NCBI GenBank assembly: GCA_033811555.1
Contig: JAPXOG010000002.1
Location: forward strand, 1-42,756
Length of the DNA stretch: 42,756 nucleotides
Direction: 5' to 3'
From: Minisyncoccota bacterium
GTDB taxonomy: Bacteria; Patescibacteriota; Minisyncoccia; Phycocordibacterales; EsbW-18
Position 1 is the first letter of the stretch. Every line of letters starts with the position of its first letter. A program made the translations under genes and the position numbers. The notes below the pieces were generated by a model. It saw only the letters and a program-made list of their open reading frames with translations, did not search any database and was not told the origin of the DNA. Positions 9,088-18,844 of the stretch are shown one piece after another.

Positions 9088-9148
9088 GCATGACCGGCGG
9101 GTGCGAAGCTCCAAGATGTTTTTATGTGAGTGCAGCCGCCGGTCATGC
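9088..9148 (-). repeat. 13-bp perfect GC-rich inverted repeat (gcatgaccggcgg / ccgccggtcatgc) with a loop of about 35 nt, ending at the murB ATG
   Basis: Read directly. The arms are 9088-9100 and 9136-9148. No U-tract follows on the minus strand. Confidence 0.8.
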
Positions 9149-9234
9149 CTAAAAAGACACACGTTTATTCTACACAAACATAACTTCAAACACAATCCGG
9201 CGTAATCAGTGCTAACTCCACCTATATAAAAAGT

Positions 9235-9648
9235 TTATTTGTTCTTTGTATCTTTTATAGAGGCCTCATACTGAGTAATTGTAGAAACGACTTCCGAATC
9301 AGAGCGGAGTGGCTGTAAAAGAAGTATGTGATCACGATTCAGATACATTTCATCTCGCGGTCCGTGCAATTCAGATCCACTTTTATTGAGCATAAATCCA
9401 GGATTGTCTCCTTCTTCTGTTTGTTGCAGATAATATACATTCTTGAGAATAACGTAGTCATATCGCAAAGAAGTAACTTTACCAAAAAACACTTGATTCG
9501 TATCAAGAAAAACTGCCACATACGTTTTGTTCCCCAAAAGAGGTGCTTTTGTGTCCAATGTCGCTTGATACATAAACAACACCGCTCCACCAAAAAGTCC
9601 ACCTAAAATAATACTGAACAATATAGAAAGTCCTGTAGGTTTTCGCAT
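9235..9648 (-). CDS. Hypothetical membrane-anchored protein (N-terminal TM helix)
   Basis: Begins MRKPTGLSILFSIILGGLFGGAVLFMY, followed by a soluble domain. No family is recognised. The start at 9648 is preferred over 9672. Confidence 0.55.
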   Translation of the reverse strand: MRKPTGLSILFSIILGGLFGGAVLFMYQATLDTKAPLLGNKTYVAVFLDTNQVFFGKVTSLRYDYVILKNVYYLQQTEEGDNPGFMLNKSGSELHGPRDEMYLNRDHILLLQPLRSDSEVVSTITQYEASIKDTKNK

Positions 9649-9726
9649 AGTAAAAATTAAACTCGTATACACTTAAGTATAAAGCATGTCGGATAAATAT
9701 AAAAACCCTCTGAGTATTTTTATCCC

Positions 9727-9755
9727 AAAACGAAAACCCCGCGCATAGCGCGGAG
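9727..9755 (-). terminator. Intrinsic terminator
   Basis: The minus strand reads CUCCGCGC-UAU-GCGCGGGG followed by UUUUCGUUUU. Confidence 0.6.
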
Positions 9756-9844
9756 CTTTCGCAGAACATCTGTGTAGTAGCTTAACACCACTGCACTCAC
9801 ATCTGCAAGTATAGCATACTAAGAATATTGGTGCAAGCCCCACC

Positions 9845-12073
9845 TTACTCTTGAGTTGGATTTACAGAATCCTTAATAATAATTTCTTTTCCAGCAATAA
9901 CAGCTTCTCGTAGCGCTTCTGTCTTCTCTTTCTCATTCGGGAAGAAAGTGAGCATATCCTTTATAAAAATTAGAGCTTTCTGCTTTTGATTGTTATTTGC
10001 ATATTCCTGCACCTTCAAAAGATATTCACCGTACCCTCTTTCTTCAAGACGCATTTGTATGCGTTCGGTCTCAAATGTTGTTGCGATAAAAGCTTGCTCA
10101 AATGTTGTGGGCGTACCATATATTGAAAGATCAAAAGAACCGTCTTCAAAGGTATTGCCCGCATATACCGCAAGCGCTTTCTGTGCTTCGTCTCGTTTCC
10201 CCTGAAGAAATAGTATTGCTGAATAACGCGTAGCGGCCTCTTGACTCTCTGGGGCAATCTCTTGAAAACGAGATAATACTTCTTCAGCAAGCTGGTACTC
10301 ATTCGTAAGCGCTAGAATAAGTCCATATTCAGATAAAAATATCTGACGATCAGGATTCACAGAAAGAAGTTCTTCAAAAAGACGTTTCGCTTCTGCAAGA
10401 TCACCTATACGAGCATAAAACATAGCAAGAAAAAATTTTGCTCGCGTATTATCAGGATCATGTTGTGCACTTTTTTCCAACTCTAACAATGTTGTCTCTA
10501 AATAAGCTTGTTTTATTTCCTCTGTTATGCTGGGGTCTGAGGATGCTGCTATAGAAAACGCCACTCTGCTAAGTTGAAATCGCGCCTCATCATCTGCAAC
10601 TGGATCTTTTACTGCATTCGTAAACAACTCCAGCGGAGTATAGAAATCTCCCTGCTGAGCACCAACTATTCCTTTGATTATATTTTTTGATGCTTGTATA
10701 TGCGGTATCGTAGTTGCGTAGGTAAGAACCGCAATAACAATAAACGCTACCACTCCTAATATAAAGCGATATCTCAAGCGATCACTGTACTTATGTAGTA
10801 TGTCGCTGTGAGAAATAACGTACGAGGATGAAATAAACCCAAGAAACAGGAAGAAAAAAATGTAACTAATAAGGTTATCAAAAACAAAAATATTGTGTAC
10901 GAAATATCCTGCAAATAACCCTGTTCCTATTGAGCGCTCAACTAGTGCAAAGTGAGAAGATTGTTTCCATATTACATACAAAGAAACTCCAAATAGAGAC
11001 AAATAAGCAAGTAGGCCCAAAATACCTGCAGATATAAGCCAATCAAAAAACACGTTATGCGCACGGTCAAACCACGGCTCTTGTTTATTCATTCGCGCAT
11101 CATAATATTTTCCAAACACAATCAAGAAATTATCCTGGCCCCAACCCAATAATGGACGTTCTTTAAAACCATCAAACGCAATACTGCTCCACAAAACTGC
11201 ACGAGAGTACCCGGTCCCTTCAGAGAAAGAAATGCTTGTAAAACGGTTGAGTATTGCACTTTTTTTTACAAAGTCAGTATCGCGAAATGCAACAAAAATT
11301 CCAACAAATAAAATCATAAAGGCAATACTTCCTATAGCCAAAGCACGCAAACGAGGATGTTCTTTCCCCTTCAACGCAATAATTAGCGATGTAATTCCTA
11401 AACCTCCAATCAATCCCAACACGGTTCCTCTCGTTCCTGTGTTGTACAACGCAAGAAGCTGTAACACTATTGCAATCAAATACCACGTTACATAAGGCCA
11501 AGATCGTCGTCGTCCATACAAAAGCCACAGTGTCAAGAATATATGAAACAGCATGTAGACCGCCAGATAAATTGAGTTACCCATTGTTGCGTCAACTCGA
11601 GCACCGCCTTGCGAAATAGAAAGAGTTCCATATGCTTGCAACAATGCGTACAACGCCATGCCAACAGAAGCTACAACTGACACATTCCAAAATGCTTTCC
11701 ACTTATCCATTCGTGAGAGAATAGTAGAACTAACTAGAAAAAATACGCAAAGATATATAAATGTAACTAACCCTTCCATCCGTTCAAAATTGCTCCACAA
11801 ACTACGTTCAAAATTCACACCAAAGATATCCGCTATTGCGACAACTCCAAAAAATATAAGAACCGCCCACAATACTGGAGTTTTCTTAGGTACAAAAGAA
11901 CGATCATACAGCATCAACACACACCACAGTGCAACAGCAATACCAACTAAAAAACGAAATGCAAACGCCTTTCCCGTAATAAATGGGAAATACATTGTTT
12001 TAGTAACAACAAACGGGATAAAAGGTACCAGAAACAGTACTCCTAGAATACCTCGTTTAAGAATTGAGTTCAT
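9845..12073 (-). CDS. O-antigen ligase/polymerase-like (Wzy_C) polytopic membrane protein with a C-terminal TPR region
   Basis: 742 aa with at least 10 TM helices. It contains 'YNTGTRGTVLGLIGGLG' and a periplasmic-loop region typical of the Wzy_C family. The C-terminal 250 aa or so is helical-repeat (TPR-like). Confidence 0.7.
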   Translation of the reverse strand: MNSILKRGILGVLFLVPFIPFVVTKTMYFPFITGKAFAFRFLVGIAVALWCVLMLYDRSFVPKKTPVLWAVLIFFGVVAIADIFGVNFERSLWSNFERMEGLVTFIYLCVFFLVSSTILSRMDKWKAFWNVSVVASVGMALYALLQAYGTLSISQGGARVDATMGNSIYLAVYMLFHIFLTLWLLYGRRRSWPYVTWYLIAIVLQLLALYNTGTRGTVLGLIGGLGITSLIIALKGKEHPRLRALAIGSIAFMILFVGIFVAFRDTDFVKKSAILNRFTSISFSEGTGYSRAVLWSSIAFDGFKERPLLGWGQDNFLIVFGKYYDARMNKQEPWFDRAHNVFFDWLISAGILGLLAYLSLFGVSLYVIWKQSSHFALVERSIGTGLFAGYFVHNIFVFDNLISYIFFFLFLGFISSSYVISHSDILHKYSDRLRYRFILGVVAFIVIAVLTYATTIPHIQASKNIIKGIVGAQQGDFYTPLELFTNAVKDPVADDEARFQLSRVAFSIAASSDPSITEEIKQAYLETTLLELEKSAQHDPDNTRAKFFLAMFYARIGDLAEAKRLFEELLSVNPDRQIFLSEYGLILALTNEYQLAEEVLSRFQEIAPESQEAATRYSAILFLQGKRDEAQKALAVYAGNTFEDGSFDLSIYGTPTTFEQAFIATTFETERIQMRLEERGYGEYLLKVQEYANNNQKQKALIFIKDMLTFFPNEKEKTEALREAVIAGKEIIIKDSVNPTQE

Positions 12074-12109
12074 GGAAAATAGTATACAGCACTAAATCTA
12101 GTACGACTA

Positions 12110-12835
12110 TTATTTTTTACGTGCCCACAAAACAACTGAAGGAAATAATAATTCACGCGTTTTCTTGTTCATTTCCATTAGATACGGTGAGATATCAAAT
12201 TCCCATTGCAAAATATGCTTAGCGAGTATTTTCTTTTCTTCCGAATCAGCAAGAAAAGTATGCAAAAAACGCTTATGGTTCGGCATCTGGTGATAGGTTA
12301 TTTTTGCAACTTGCGCTCCATATCGTTCTAATGTTTTTTGGACAAATTCTGGATCAAGATACCTAACGAATTTATGTTCTGATAACAAAAACGGAAGTTT
12401 ATTACCCAAAAAAACCTGAAAACGTTCTTTTAAATTTGAAGGATATAGCGCATGCCCTAAATCGTATCGATGAATTATATAACCCAACTGTTTCGTAATA
12501 CGCACACTGTTTTCAAGAAAACGTTCTATTTGTTTTACATGTTCTAAGACAGAAAAAGACAGACATATATCAAATGACGCTTCATCTGGAAGTGGTTCAT
12601 AAGCAAGTTGATTGTATATTTTTACATTTGGAAATTTTTTTAATAAAACGCGAGCCATTTCTGCATCTTCCTTCTTCGGTTCAACTCCGACGTAGGTCAA
12701 TTTTGGAAATCTTTGCAGTAGTGATACAAAATTCCTAGATTGTCCGCTTCCAAGATCTATTACCCGTGTTTGTTCAGATATACCTAATTCTTCCGCAACT
12801 TTTTCTATAAAAAACTCTTTTGGCTGTATTGTCAT
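12110..12835 (-). CDS. Class I SAM-dependent methyltransferase
   Basis: Motif I 'VIDLGSGQSRN' and post-I 'YVGVEP', followed by 'LSFSVLEHV'. Confidence 0.8.
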   Translation of the reverse strand: MTIQPKEFFIEKVAEELGISEQTRVIDLGSGQSRNFVSLLQRFPKLTYVGVEPKKEDAEMARVLLKKFPNVKIYNQLAYEPLPDEASFDICLSFSVLEHVKQIERFLENSVRITKQLGYIIHRYDLGHALYPSNLKERFQVFLGNKLPFLLSEHKFVRYLDPEFVQKTLERYGAQVAKITYHQMPNHKRFLHTFLADSEEKKILAKHILQWEFDISPYLMEMNKKTRELLFPSVVLWARKK

Positions 12836-12885
12836 ACCTATAACTATATCACCTTGAAGCAGAGTATATAAAAGTACGCTACACT

Positions 12886-14190
12886 ATGTTGCATATGCCC
12901 GATAAGTGGAAAGAAAAAATAATCAAAATCCTACGTTGGAGTGAGCGGTACACAAAAACGGACATGGTGTATCTCACAAGTGGAGGATTCTGGCTATTAT
13001 TGGGACAGATTACTGGTTCGATTGCTTCCCTATTTACTGCAATATTTTTTGCATATTTTCTTCCAAAAGAAACGTACGGGGTTTATAAATATATCCTCTC
13101 TATTGTGGGTATGCTTAGTGCTTTTTCATTAACTGGACTAGGATCTGCCCTCATACAAGCTACTGCGCGCATTGGTAATGGATTCTATAAATTAGCTATT
13201 AAAAAAAGTCTTCGCTGGGCTCTCATTCCTTCATTTTTATCTATCGCAGTAGGCATATACTATTTAATACAGTCAAACGCAGCTATTGGGTGGGGCTTGA
13301 TTATCTCCGGTGTATTATATTCACCATACGCTACTTTTCTGCTCTTTTCAGGATATCTCAACGGGAAAAAAGATTTTCGAAGAATGACTCTATTCGGTCT
13401 AGTACCTGATTTTGGCGTACTTTTCTCTATTATAGTTGCACTTTTGTTTACAAAAAATGTATTAGTATTAATCAGCACATTTTTTATATCTTCAATAATT
13501 ACAAACTATATAGCACACCGACTAAGCTTACGTGTATATCCTACTAGTAAAACAGAAATACATCCCGAGGAAAAACTTTCAAAACATCTCAGTATTCTTA
13601 ACATATTTTCCACGATTGTATCTTATATTGATAAGATACTAATCTTCCATGTTCTAGGTGCTACACAGGTCGCAATATATCTTTTTGCAAACGCAGTTCC
13701 TGATCAAATACGAGGATTATTTAAAATCCCTGGATCATTGGCGTTACCAAAACTTGCAAAAACTCCAAAAGATATTAAAAAAATATTCCAAAAACAATTA
13801 CTACGAATTACAGCAATTTACGGAGTATTAGTTGCTATTTATATTCTTGTAGCGCCACTAATATATCGCCTACTTTTTCCCGCATACCTTGAGTCTATAT
13901 TTTATTCTCAAATAATAGCCGTTGGTATCATCGGGTCTGGAATACTTATACTCATCAACAATGGTTTACAAGCACGACATGAAGTACGTTCTTTATATAC
14001 GTTGCATGTGGTCCAATCTGTATCACTCTTGATTGTAACAATTACTCCGCTTTTCTTCGGCGGAAGCTTGCTCACTGTCATTGTGGCTCGTACAGCCACA
14101 ACTCTAATTATTAGTATTTTTGGATACTTACTCCTGCAATATCCAACACTCAAGCTATTCTGGTTTTTGCGCGACAACAAAATAACCTAG
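12886..14190 (+). CDS. Wzx-like oligosaccharide flippase (polysaccharide biosynthesis protein family)
   Basis: 434 aa with about 12 TM helices, located in a glycan-synthesis cluster. It has a typical MOP/Wzx architecture. Confidence 0.7.
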   Translation: MLHMPDKWKEKIIKILRWSERYTKTDMVYLTSGGFWLLLGQITGSIASLFTAIFFAYFLPKETYGVYKYILSIVGMLSAFSLTGLGSALIQATARIGNGFYKLAIKKSLRWALIPSFLSIAVGIYYLIQSNAAIGWGLIISGVLYSPYATFLLFSGYLNGKKDFRRMTLFGLVPDFGVLFSIIVALLFTKNVLVLISTFFISSIITNYIAHRLSLRVYPTSKTEIHPEEKLSKHLSILNIFSTIVSYIDKILIFHVLGATQVAIYLFANAVPDQIRGLFKIPGSLALPKLAKTPKDIKKIFQKQLLRITAIYGVLVAIYILVAPLIYRLLFPAYLESIFYSQIIAVGIIGSGILILINNGLQARHEVRSLYTLHVVQSVSLLIVTITPLFFGGSLLTVIVARTATTLIISIFGYLLLQYPTLKLFWFLRDNKIT

Positions 14191-14784
14191 AGGAATTTTT
14201 TGAGCGAACAAACGATAACGTTTCCATACACATAGCAAAGAATCTATCTTTGAAAAAAAGAATCCAAAAAAACCTTGGATGAAAGAAGGAAAAACTCCTC
14301 CTATTGTTTGGAATACTAGACTAAATAAACCGTGCCCAAGAAAAGAGACATTGATGTTTATAAACCCATATTGCGACATAAGAGTTCGCAAAGCAGATTC
14401 TGTATACCTGAAATAATCATCAGGTGATCCGTGTATATGAAACATAAATGGCACGGCTACTACAAATCTGCCCTTTGGTTTAAGAACACGAAAAGTTTCT
14501 CTAACCACAGCATGGAAATCAAAAATGTGCTCCAGTACATTAATTGCTAATACTGTTTGGAAAGTATCTGTTTCTAATGGAAACGGTTTCTGTATATCAA
14601 AAACCAAATCACATCCATATTCACGATTTATATTAACTGTCGTAATTGAAACTACTCCAGGAAGAAGTTCATGATATCCAGACTTTGTGCTACCTCCCAA
14701 ATCCAGTAACTCGCCAACAGGTTCGAGTTTCTTTAGTAACGTATATTCTTCTAGGCGTATTAATGAACGAGTTTTTTTAAACAT
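14155..14784 (-). CDS. Class I SAM-dependent methyltransferase (Methyltransf_11-like)
   Basis: 'LLDLGGSTKSG' and 'VLAINVLEHIFDF', plus 'VLKPKGRFVVAVP'. Its 3' end overlaps the convergent flippase gene by 36 nt. Confidence 0.8.
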   Translation of the reverse strand: MFKKTRSLIRLEEYTLLKKLEPVGELLDLGGSTKSGYHELLPGVVSITTVNINREYGCDLVFDIQKPFPLETDTFQTVLAINVLEHIFDFHAVVRETFRVLKPKGRFVVAVPFMFHIHGSPDDYFRYTESALRTLMSQYGFININVSFLGHGLFSLVFQTIGGVFPSFIQGFFGFFFSKIDSLLCVWKRYRLFAQKIPLGYFVVAQKPE

Positions 14785-15565
14785 CTTTAATTTTTGCTGA
14801 AACTATATACCGACTCTTAGAAATTGGTGATACAGTTATATTATGCTTTTTAAAAGTATCTACAAATGTCTCTACTGGTTTTCCTACAATATCTGCGTGA
14901 TACTCACCTGTAATATAACGAAACATTGGCACACGGTCGGAATCGCCAAATAATGCACCTTCAGCTCCTTCAATATCAAACTTTAACACATCTAGAGAGT
15001 GTATGTGTGTATCTATTAAGTTTTTTAGAGTAATCGAAGGGACTTTTTTTGGAACATAAGTAATATCGCGATTAATAATAGAAGAAGACAAACTACTTCG
15101 CGGGTGCACGTATAAAACAACTTCTCCTTCACGATCAGATATAGCGGCGTGTATACATTTAATGTTAGGAAAATTTGAAGTATTTTTTTTTAAATAAAAA
15201 AAAGTATGAGAATCAGGTTCAACTGCTACAACACTTGCGTGCGGATAATGAGTTGCAAGATATAAAGTAGAAAAACCAACGTTAGCTCCCAAATCAAGAG
15301 CAAACGTAATTTTTTCGTGCCCAGTAAGATCTTTATATTGTTGCAACACAAAAACTTCGTAGGCAACAATAAAATCTATAAAATGTGATAACGGTAACTT
15401 AAGCAGTTTTCCATTACACGTTATGAGCACTGGGTATTCAATGCGTTTTTGAGTAAACTTTGAAAGAATATAGAAAAAAACTAGTCCAGCAGCTATAGCT
15501 ATTTTCCAAAAAACCGTCGCCCCAATATTTGATATATTTTTCAAAAAAAGAATTTTTCTTTTCAT
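14777..15565 (-). CDS. FkbM-family methyltransferase with an N-terminal TM anchor
   Basis: 'ALDLGANVGFSTLYLATHYPHASVVAVEPDSHTFFYLKKN' is the FkbM (Methyltransf_21) signature. Confidence 0.8.
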   Translation of the reverse strand: MKRKILFLKNISNIGATVFWKIAIAAGLVFFYILSKFTQKRIEYPVLITCNGKLLKLPLSHFIDFIVAYEVFVLQQYKDLTGHEKITFALDLGANVGFSTLYLATHYPHASVVAVEPDSHTFFYLKKNTSNFPNIKCIHAAISDREGEVVLYVHPRSSLSSSIINRDITYVPKKVPSITLKNLIDTHIHSLDVLKFDIEGAEGALFGDSDRVPMFRYITGEYHADIVGKPVETFVDTFKKHNITVSPISKSRYIVSAKIKDV

Positions 15566-15667
15566 GTATCACTATAAAGTTCGTTGTGCATTTTTATCCT
15601 CAACAAAGTTTTTCCTTTCCAAAGTTGTTTGTATTCATTTAAATTCATATCATTCCAAAGCAGTAAA

Positions 15668-16720
15668 TTAAAATATAAAACGATATAATATTTTAGTAAT
15701 AAGAGATTCTATCGAATGGTTATCTTCTACATACCGTCGGCCCATTTTACGCAAGCGCTCCAACTCTATTCCAGACAGTGATCGAATATTCATTACAGCT
15801 CGTACATATGAATCAAGATTGTCGTGTTTTGCTATACACAACGACCGAATCTCTTCTGGCAATTCTTCAGACAAAGTAGGATCACACGTTACAGGAATCG
15901 TTCCAACTGCGAATGCTTCAAGGACCGTTTTGTCTAAGCTACCCGTCTTGCTTGCATGTAAAAACAAGTCGTGCTCGGATATTACTCGTGGTATATCTAC
16001 GTGAGGATATGCTCCATGCCACGTAACAGCATTTTCTATATCTCTTCCACGAATTCGTTCGATTAACTGTAGCTTATATTCTCGCCCTGAAGCCCCCTGA
16101 GCATCTCCTATAATATCAAGTGTACAAGAAACATCACGACTATGAAGCAGAGCAACAGTATCTATCAAAATTTCTAAATTTTTCACTGGAGAAATTCTTC
16201 CAACCGTCATGAAGCGAGAAATTACATCGCTGTCACGCTCTACATACGGAAACTGATCAATATCTATTCCCTGTCCTACTATCATTAATTTTCGTGTTTT
16301 AAAACGAAAACCATATTTTGTTGACGTAAAAACTAAGTGTGATAGCGGAATAGACAGCAAAAGAGAAAAAGGAATTGATCCGTGCGCATACCACAGAGCT
16401 ACTCGCTTTCCCAAAAGCCTCCACAACAAACCGCCAAGTAGTACATATATTTGGTTCATATGCACGAACACTGAGTCATAATTACGACGCTCTTTCCAGA
16501 TGTACTTATAAAATCGTTTGAGATACTTTAAACGCGAAACTCCTTTTTCTTTTCCTAGTGACAACACACGCACATTTTTCGGTAAATGATGCTTGCCCTT
16601 ATATAAACAGATGACTATGACTGATTCACAATGTTTTGCGAATTCTTCAATCCATCGATGGAAAAAACTAAGAACAGGATGCTTTGTATCAACTGCTTGT
16701 GTAAGTATAAGTATTCGCAT
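15668..16720 (-). CDS. Glycosyltransferase family 4 (GT-B)
   Basis: Begins MRILILTQAV. The C-terminal region 'LFLHASKTGSLDKTVLEAFAVGTIPV' matches the EX7E-type region. The start at 16720 abuts the upstream stop at 16723. Confidence 0.85.
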   Translation of the reverse strand: MRILILTQAVDTKHPVLSFFHRWIEEFAKHCESVIVICLYKGKHHLPKNVRVLSLGKEKGVSRLKYLKRFYKYIWKERRNYDSVFVHMNQIYVLLGGLLWRLLGKRVALWYAHGSIPFSLLLSIPLSHLVFTSTKYGFRFKTRKLMIVGQGIDIDQFPYVERDSDVISRFMTVGRISPVKNLEILIDTVALLHSRDVSCTLDIIGDAQGASGREYKLQLIERIRGRDIENAVTWHGAYPHVDIPRVISEHDLFLHASKTGSLDKTVLEAFAVGTIPVTCDPTLSEELPEEIRSLCIAKHDNLDSYVRAVMNIRSLSGIELERLRKMGRRYVEDNHSIESLITKILYRFIF

Positions 16721-16722
16721 AG

Positions 16723-17814
16723 TTAGTGTTTCACAGCGGTTTTCTCCCACGCTGACTTCAAATTTTTAACATATACATCAGGAGACATGAGATTCTTGTA
16801 CATCCACCCCGACGCAGTAAGTGCTAGTTCATTAGTTTTTTTGGGACGAATGAAGGTTTCAATAAGAGCTTCTTCTAATTTACTTGCTTCACCAACTGGT
16901 ACAACTCGTAAATGTTCCCCATTTTTCAGAAGTGTTCCTGCTATTCCAACATCCGTTGAAACTATTGGGACTCCAGCAAGTGATGCTTCCGCAAGCACTG
17001 CTCCAAAACCTTCATATTTTGAAGTATGCAAAAACACGTGCGCAGATTGAAAGTGCGAAGTCATATCTGCAACTGGACCTAAAAATACAACCGAATTGGA
17101 GATTCCGCGAAATCGCGATCGTGCCTCTAGTAATGTTCTCAACCGACCTCCTCCTGCTATGTGGAGTCGAGTTTCTGGAATATGTTTATGCGCTCGAGCA
17201 AATACATCAAGAGCTAACGGATAATCTTTTTCTTTTTCCAATCGACCTGCCATAAAAATAATTTTTTCATTTTCAGAGGGTTTCCTTTCTATATCCAGAA
17301 ATCTTTTTGAATCAATAAACACCGGCAATACAGTAATTCGTTCTTTTGAAACTCCCAGTTTTTCTATAGCTTTCGCAACTCGTTCGGAAACAACACGAAC
17401 GCTTGTTGCTTGTGAAAGTCGGCGAAAAATTCCTATCATGCGCAGTTTATTTTTCAGCTCTTTCTTAAAAAAAGGGCTACCTATATCGGTATGCACCTGC
17501 AATTCTACTGGGATGTTGAAATACTTACCGAGTTTAAGCGCCGCCACGCCATATTCAAAAGGATCCTGAGCAGTAACAAGGTTACATCCTGTAAGTTTTT
17601 TGCCGACAGAAACTGCCGAGCTAATTCGTTTAACTGGATTTGTCGTTCCAGTCGGATGAATAAAAACATTTTCAGAAATTTTTTCTGAATTACCGGCACC
17701 TGGAATAATTATATGTAGCTCGTCACATGCTTGACCATAAAGAGACATTCGTGCGCGCACCGCACTTCTTTGAAGAAGAAGATTTTTATCTGAACCTATA
17801 GTTAACACTTTCAT
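16723..17814 (-). CDS. Glycosyltransferase family 4 (GT-B)
   Basis: Begins MKVLTIGSD and contains 'VFLHTSKYEGFGAVLAEASLAGVPIVSTDVG'. Confidence 0.85.
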   Translation of the reverse strand: MKVLTIGSDKNLLLQRSAVRARMSLYGQACDELHIIIPGAGNSEKISENVFIHPTGTTNPVKRISSAVSVGKKLTGCNLVTAQDPFEYGVAALKLGKYFNIPVELQVHTDIGSPFFKKELKNKLRMIGIFRRLSQATSVRVVSERVAKAIEKLGVSKERITVLPVFIDSKRFLDIERKPSENEKIIFMAGRLEKEKDYPLALDVFARAHKHIPETRLHIAGGGRLRTLLEARSRFRGISNSVVFLGPVADMTSHFQSAHVFLHTSKYEGFGAVLAEASLAGVPIVSTDVGIAGTLLKNGEHLRVVPVGEASKLEEALIETFIRPKKTNELALTASGWMYKNLMSPDVYVKNLKSAWEKTAVKH

Positions 17815-17935
17815 AAAAGCAACTTTCTTTTCTATAGTTGGTATATTTAGTATAACCCAGCTTTATTCCTTTGGCCTTCTAATAGTGTTACACTATACGA
17901 CAATAATTTATCAAGATAATAAGCTATGTTTTTAT

Positions 17936-18844
17936 ATGGATTTTTTGAAAAAAGAGAAACTACGTATCCTTCTCACTGGAAATCGAGGTTTTATCGCACG
18001 AAAAGTTGAGCTCAAACTTAAAGAACTCGGCCATGATGTTTTTGGATTCGATATATTAGATGGTTTCAATCTATTGGATCGTGACTCCGTGGAACACGCA
18101 GTAGAAAAAGTTGATTCTGTACTACACATAGCCGCTGAAGCAGACATGACACGTATGGTAGATCTTACAGGAAGCTATAAGGGCACTTTGGTAAATGTTG
18201 ATGGAACACACAATATTGCATACGCTTGTGCTAAACATGGTAAGTGGCTCATATACACATCTACATGCTGCGTGTACGGCAATGTCACAGAGCACCCTGC
18301 AAAGGAGGATTCTACTTTACCAAATCCCTCTGAGCTTTATGCTTGTTCAAAATACGCAGGAGAATGGTTAGTTCGAGGGTACGGATTAAACTATGATATG
18401 CCTTGGACCATACTTAGATATGCTACAGTTTACGGAGAAGGCATGCGTGAAACGTTGGGCGTCTATGTTTTTTTAAAACAAGCTATACTTAACAAACCAA
18501 TCACAGTGCACGGAGATGGTATGCAAGAGCGAACACTAACATTCGTCGACGATCTTGTGGAAGGCACAGTCGCAACTCTTTCACGTAGAGCAGAATCGTT
18601 AGGACAAATCTTTAATCTATCAACAACTGAACGCATAACGGCAATAAAAATGGCTAAAGATATAAAAAAACTCACTGGTACTTCCTCCGAAATAGTTTTT
18701 ATACCTCAACGTAAAAACCAAACTATCCTAGAAGATATAGATGCTTCAAAAGCTGAACGTCTATTAGGATGGAAAGCTACCACCCTATGGGATGAAGGTC
18801 TTACTGCGACATACGAGTGGATGAAAGGGTTAGATCTTAAATGA
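17936..18844 (+). CDS. NAD-dependent sugar epimerase/dehydratase (extended SDR)
   Basis: 'ILLTGNRGFIARK' is the Rossmann motif and 'YACSKYAGE' is the YxxxK catalytic motif. The ATG at 17936 is preferred over 17885. Confidence 0.87.
   Translation: MDFLKKEKLRILLTGNRGFIARKVELKLKELGHDVFGFDILDGFNLLDRDSVEHAVEKVDSVLHIAAEADMTRMVDLTGSYKGTLVNVDGTHNIAYACAKHGKWLIYTSTCCVYGNVTEHPAKEDSTLPNPSELYACSKYAGEWLVRGYGLNYDMPWTILRYATVYGEGMRETLGVYVFLKQAILNKPITVHGDGMQERTLTFVDDLVEGTVATLSRRAESLGQIFNLSTTERITAIKMAKDIKKLTGTSSEIVFIPQRKNQTILEDIDASKAERLLGWKATTLWDEGLTATYEWMKGLDLK

Noticed and set aside
9113-9801. 12-nt match (atgtgagtgcag at 9113-9124, and its reverse complement at 9790-9801) flanking the 145-aa gene as terminal inverted repeats
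   Set aside because: Exact 12-mers are expected by chance many times in a 43-kb window when both orientations are considered. The match does not extend without an 8-nt gap.
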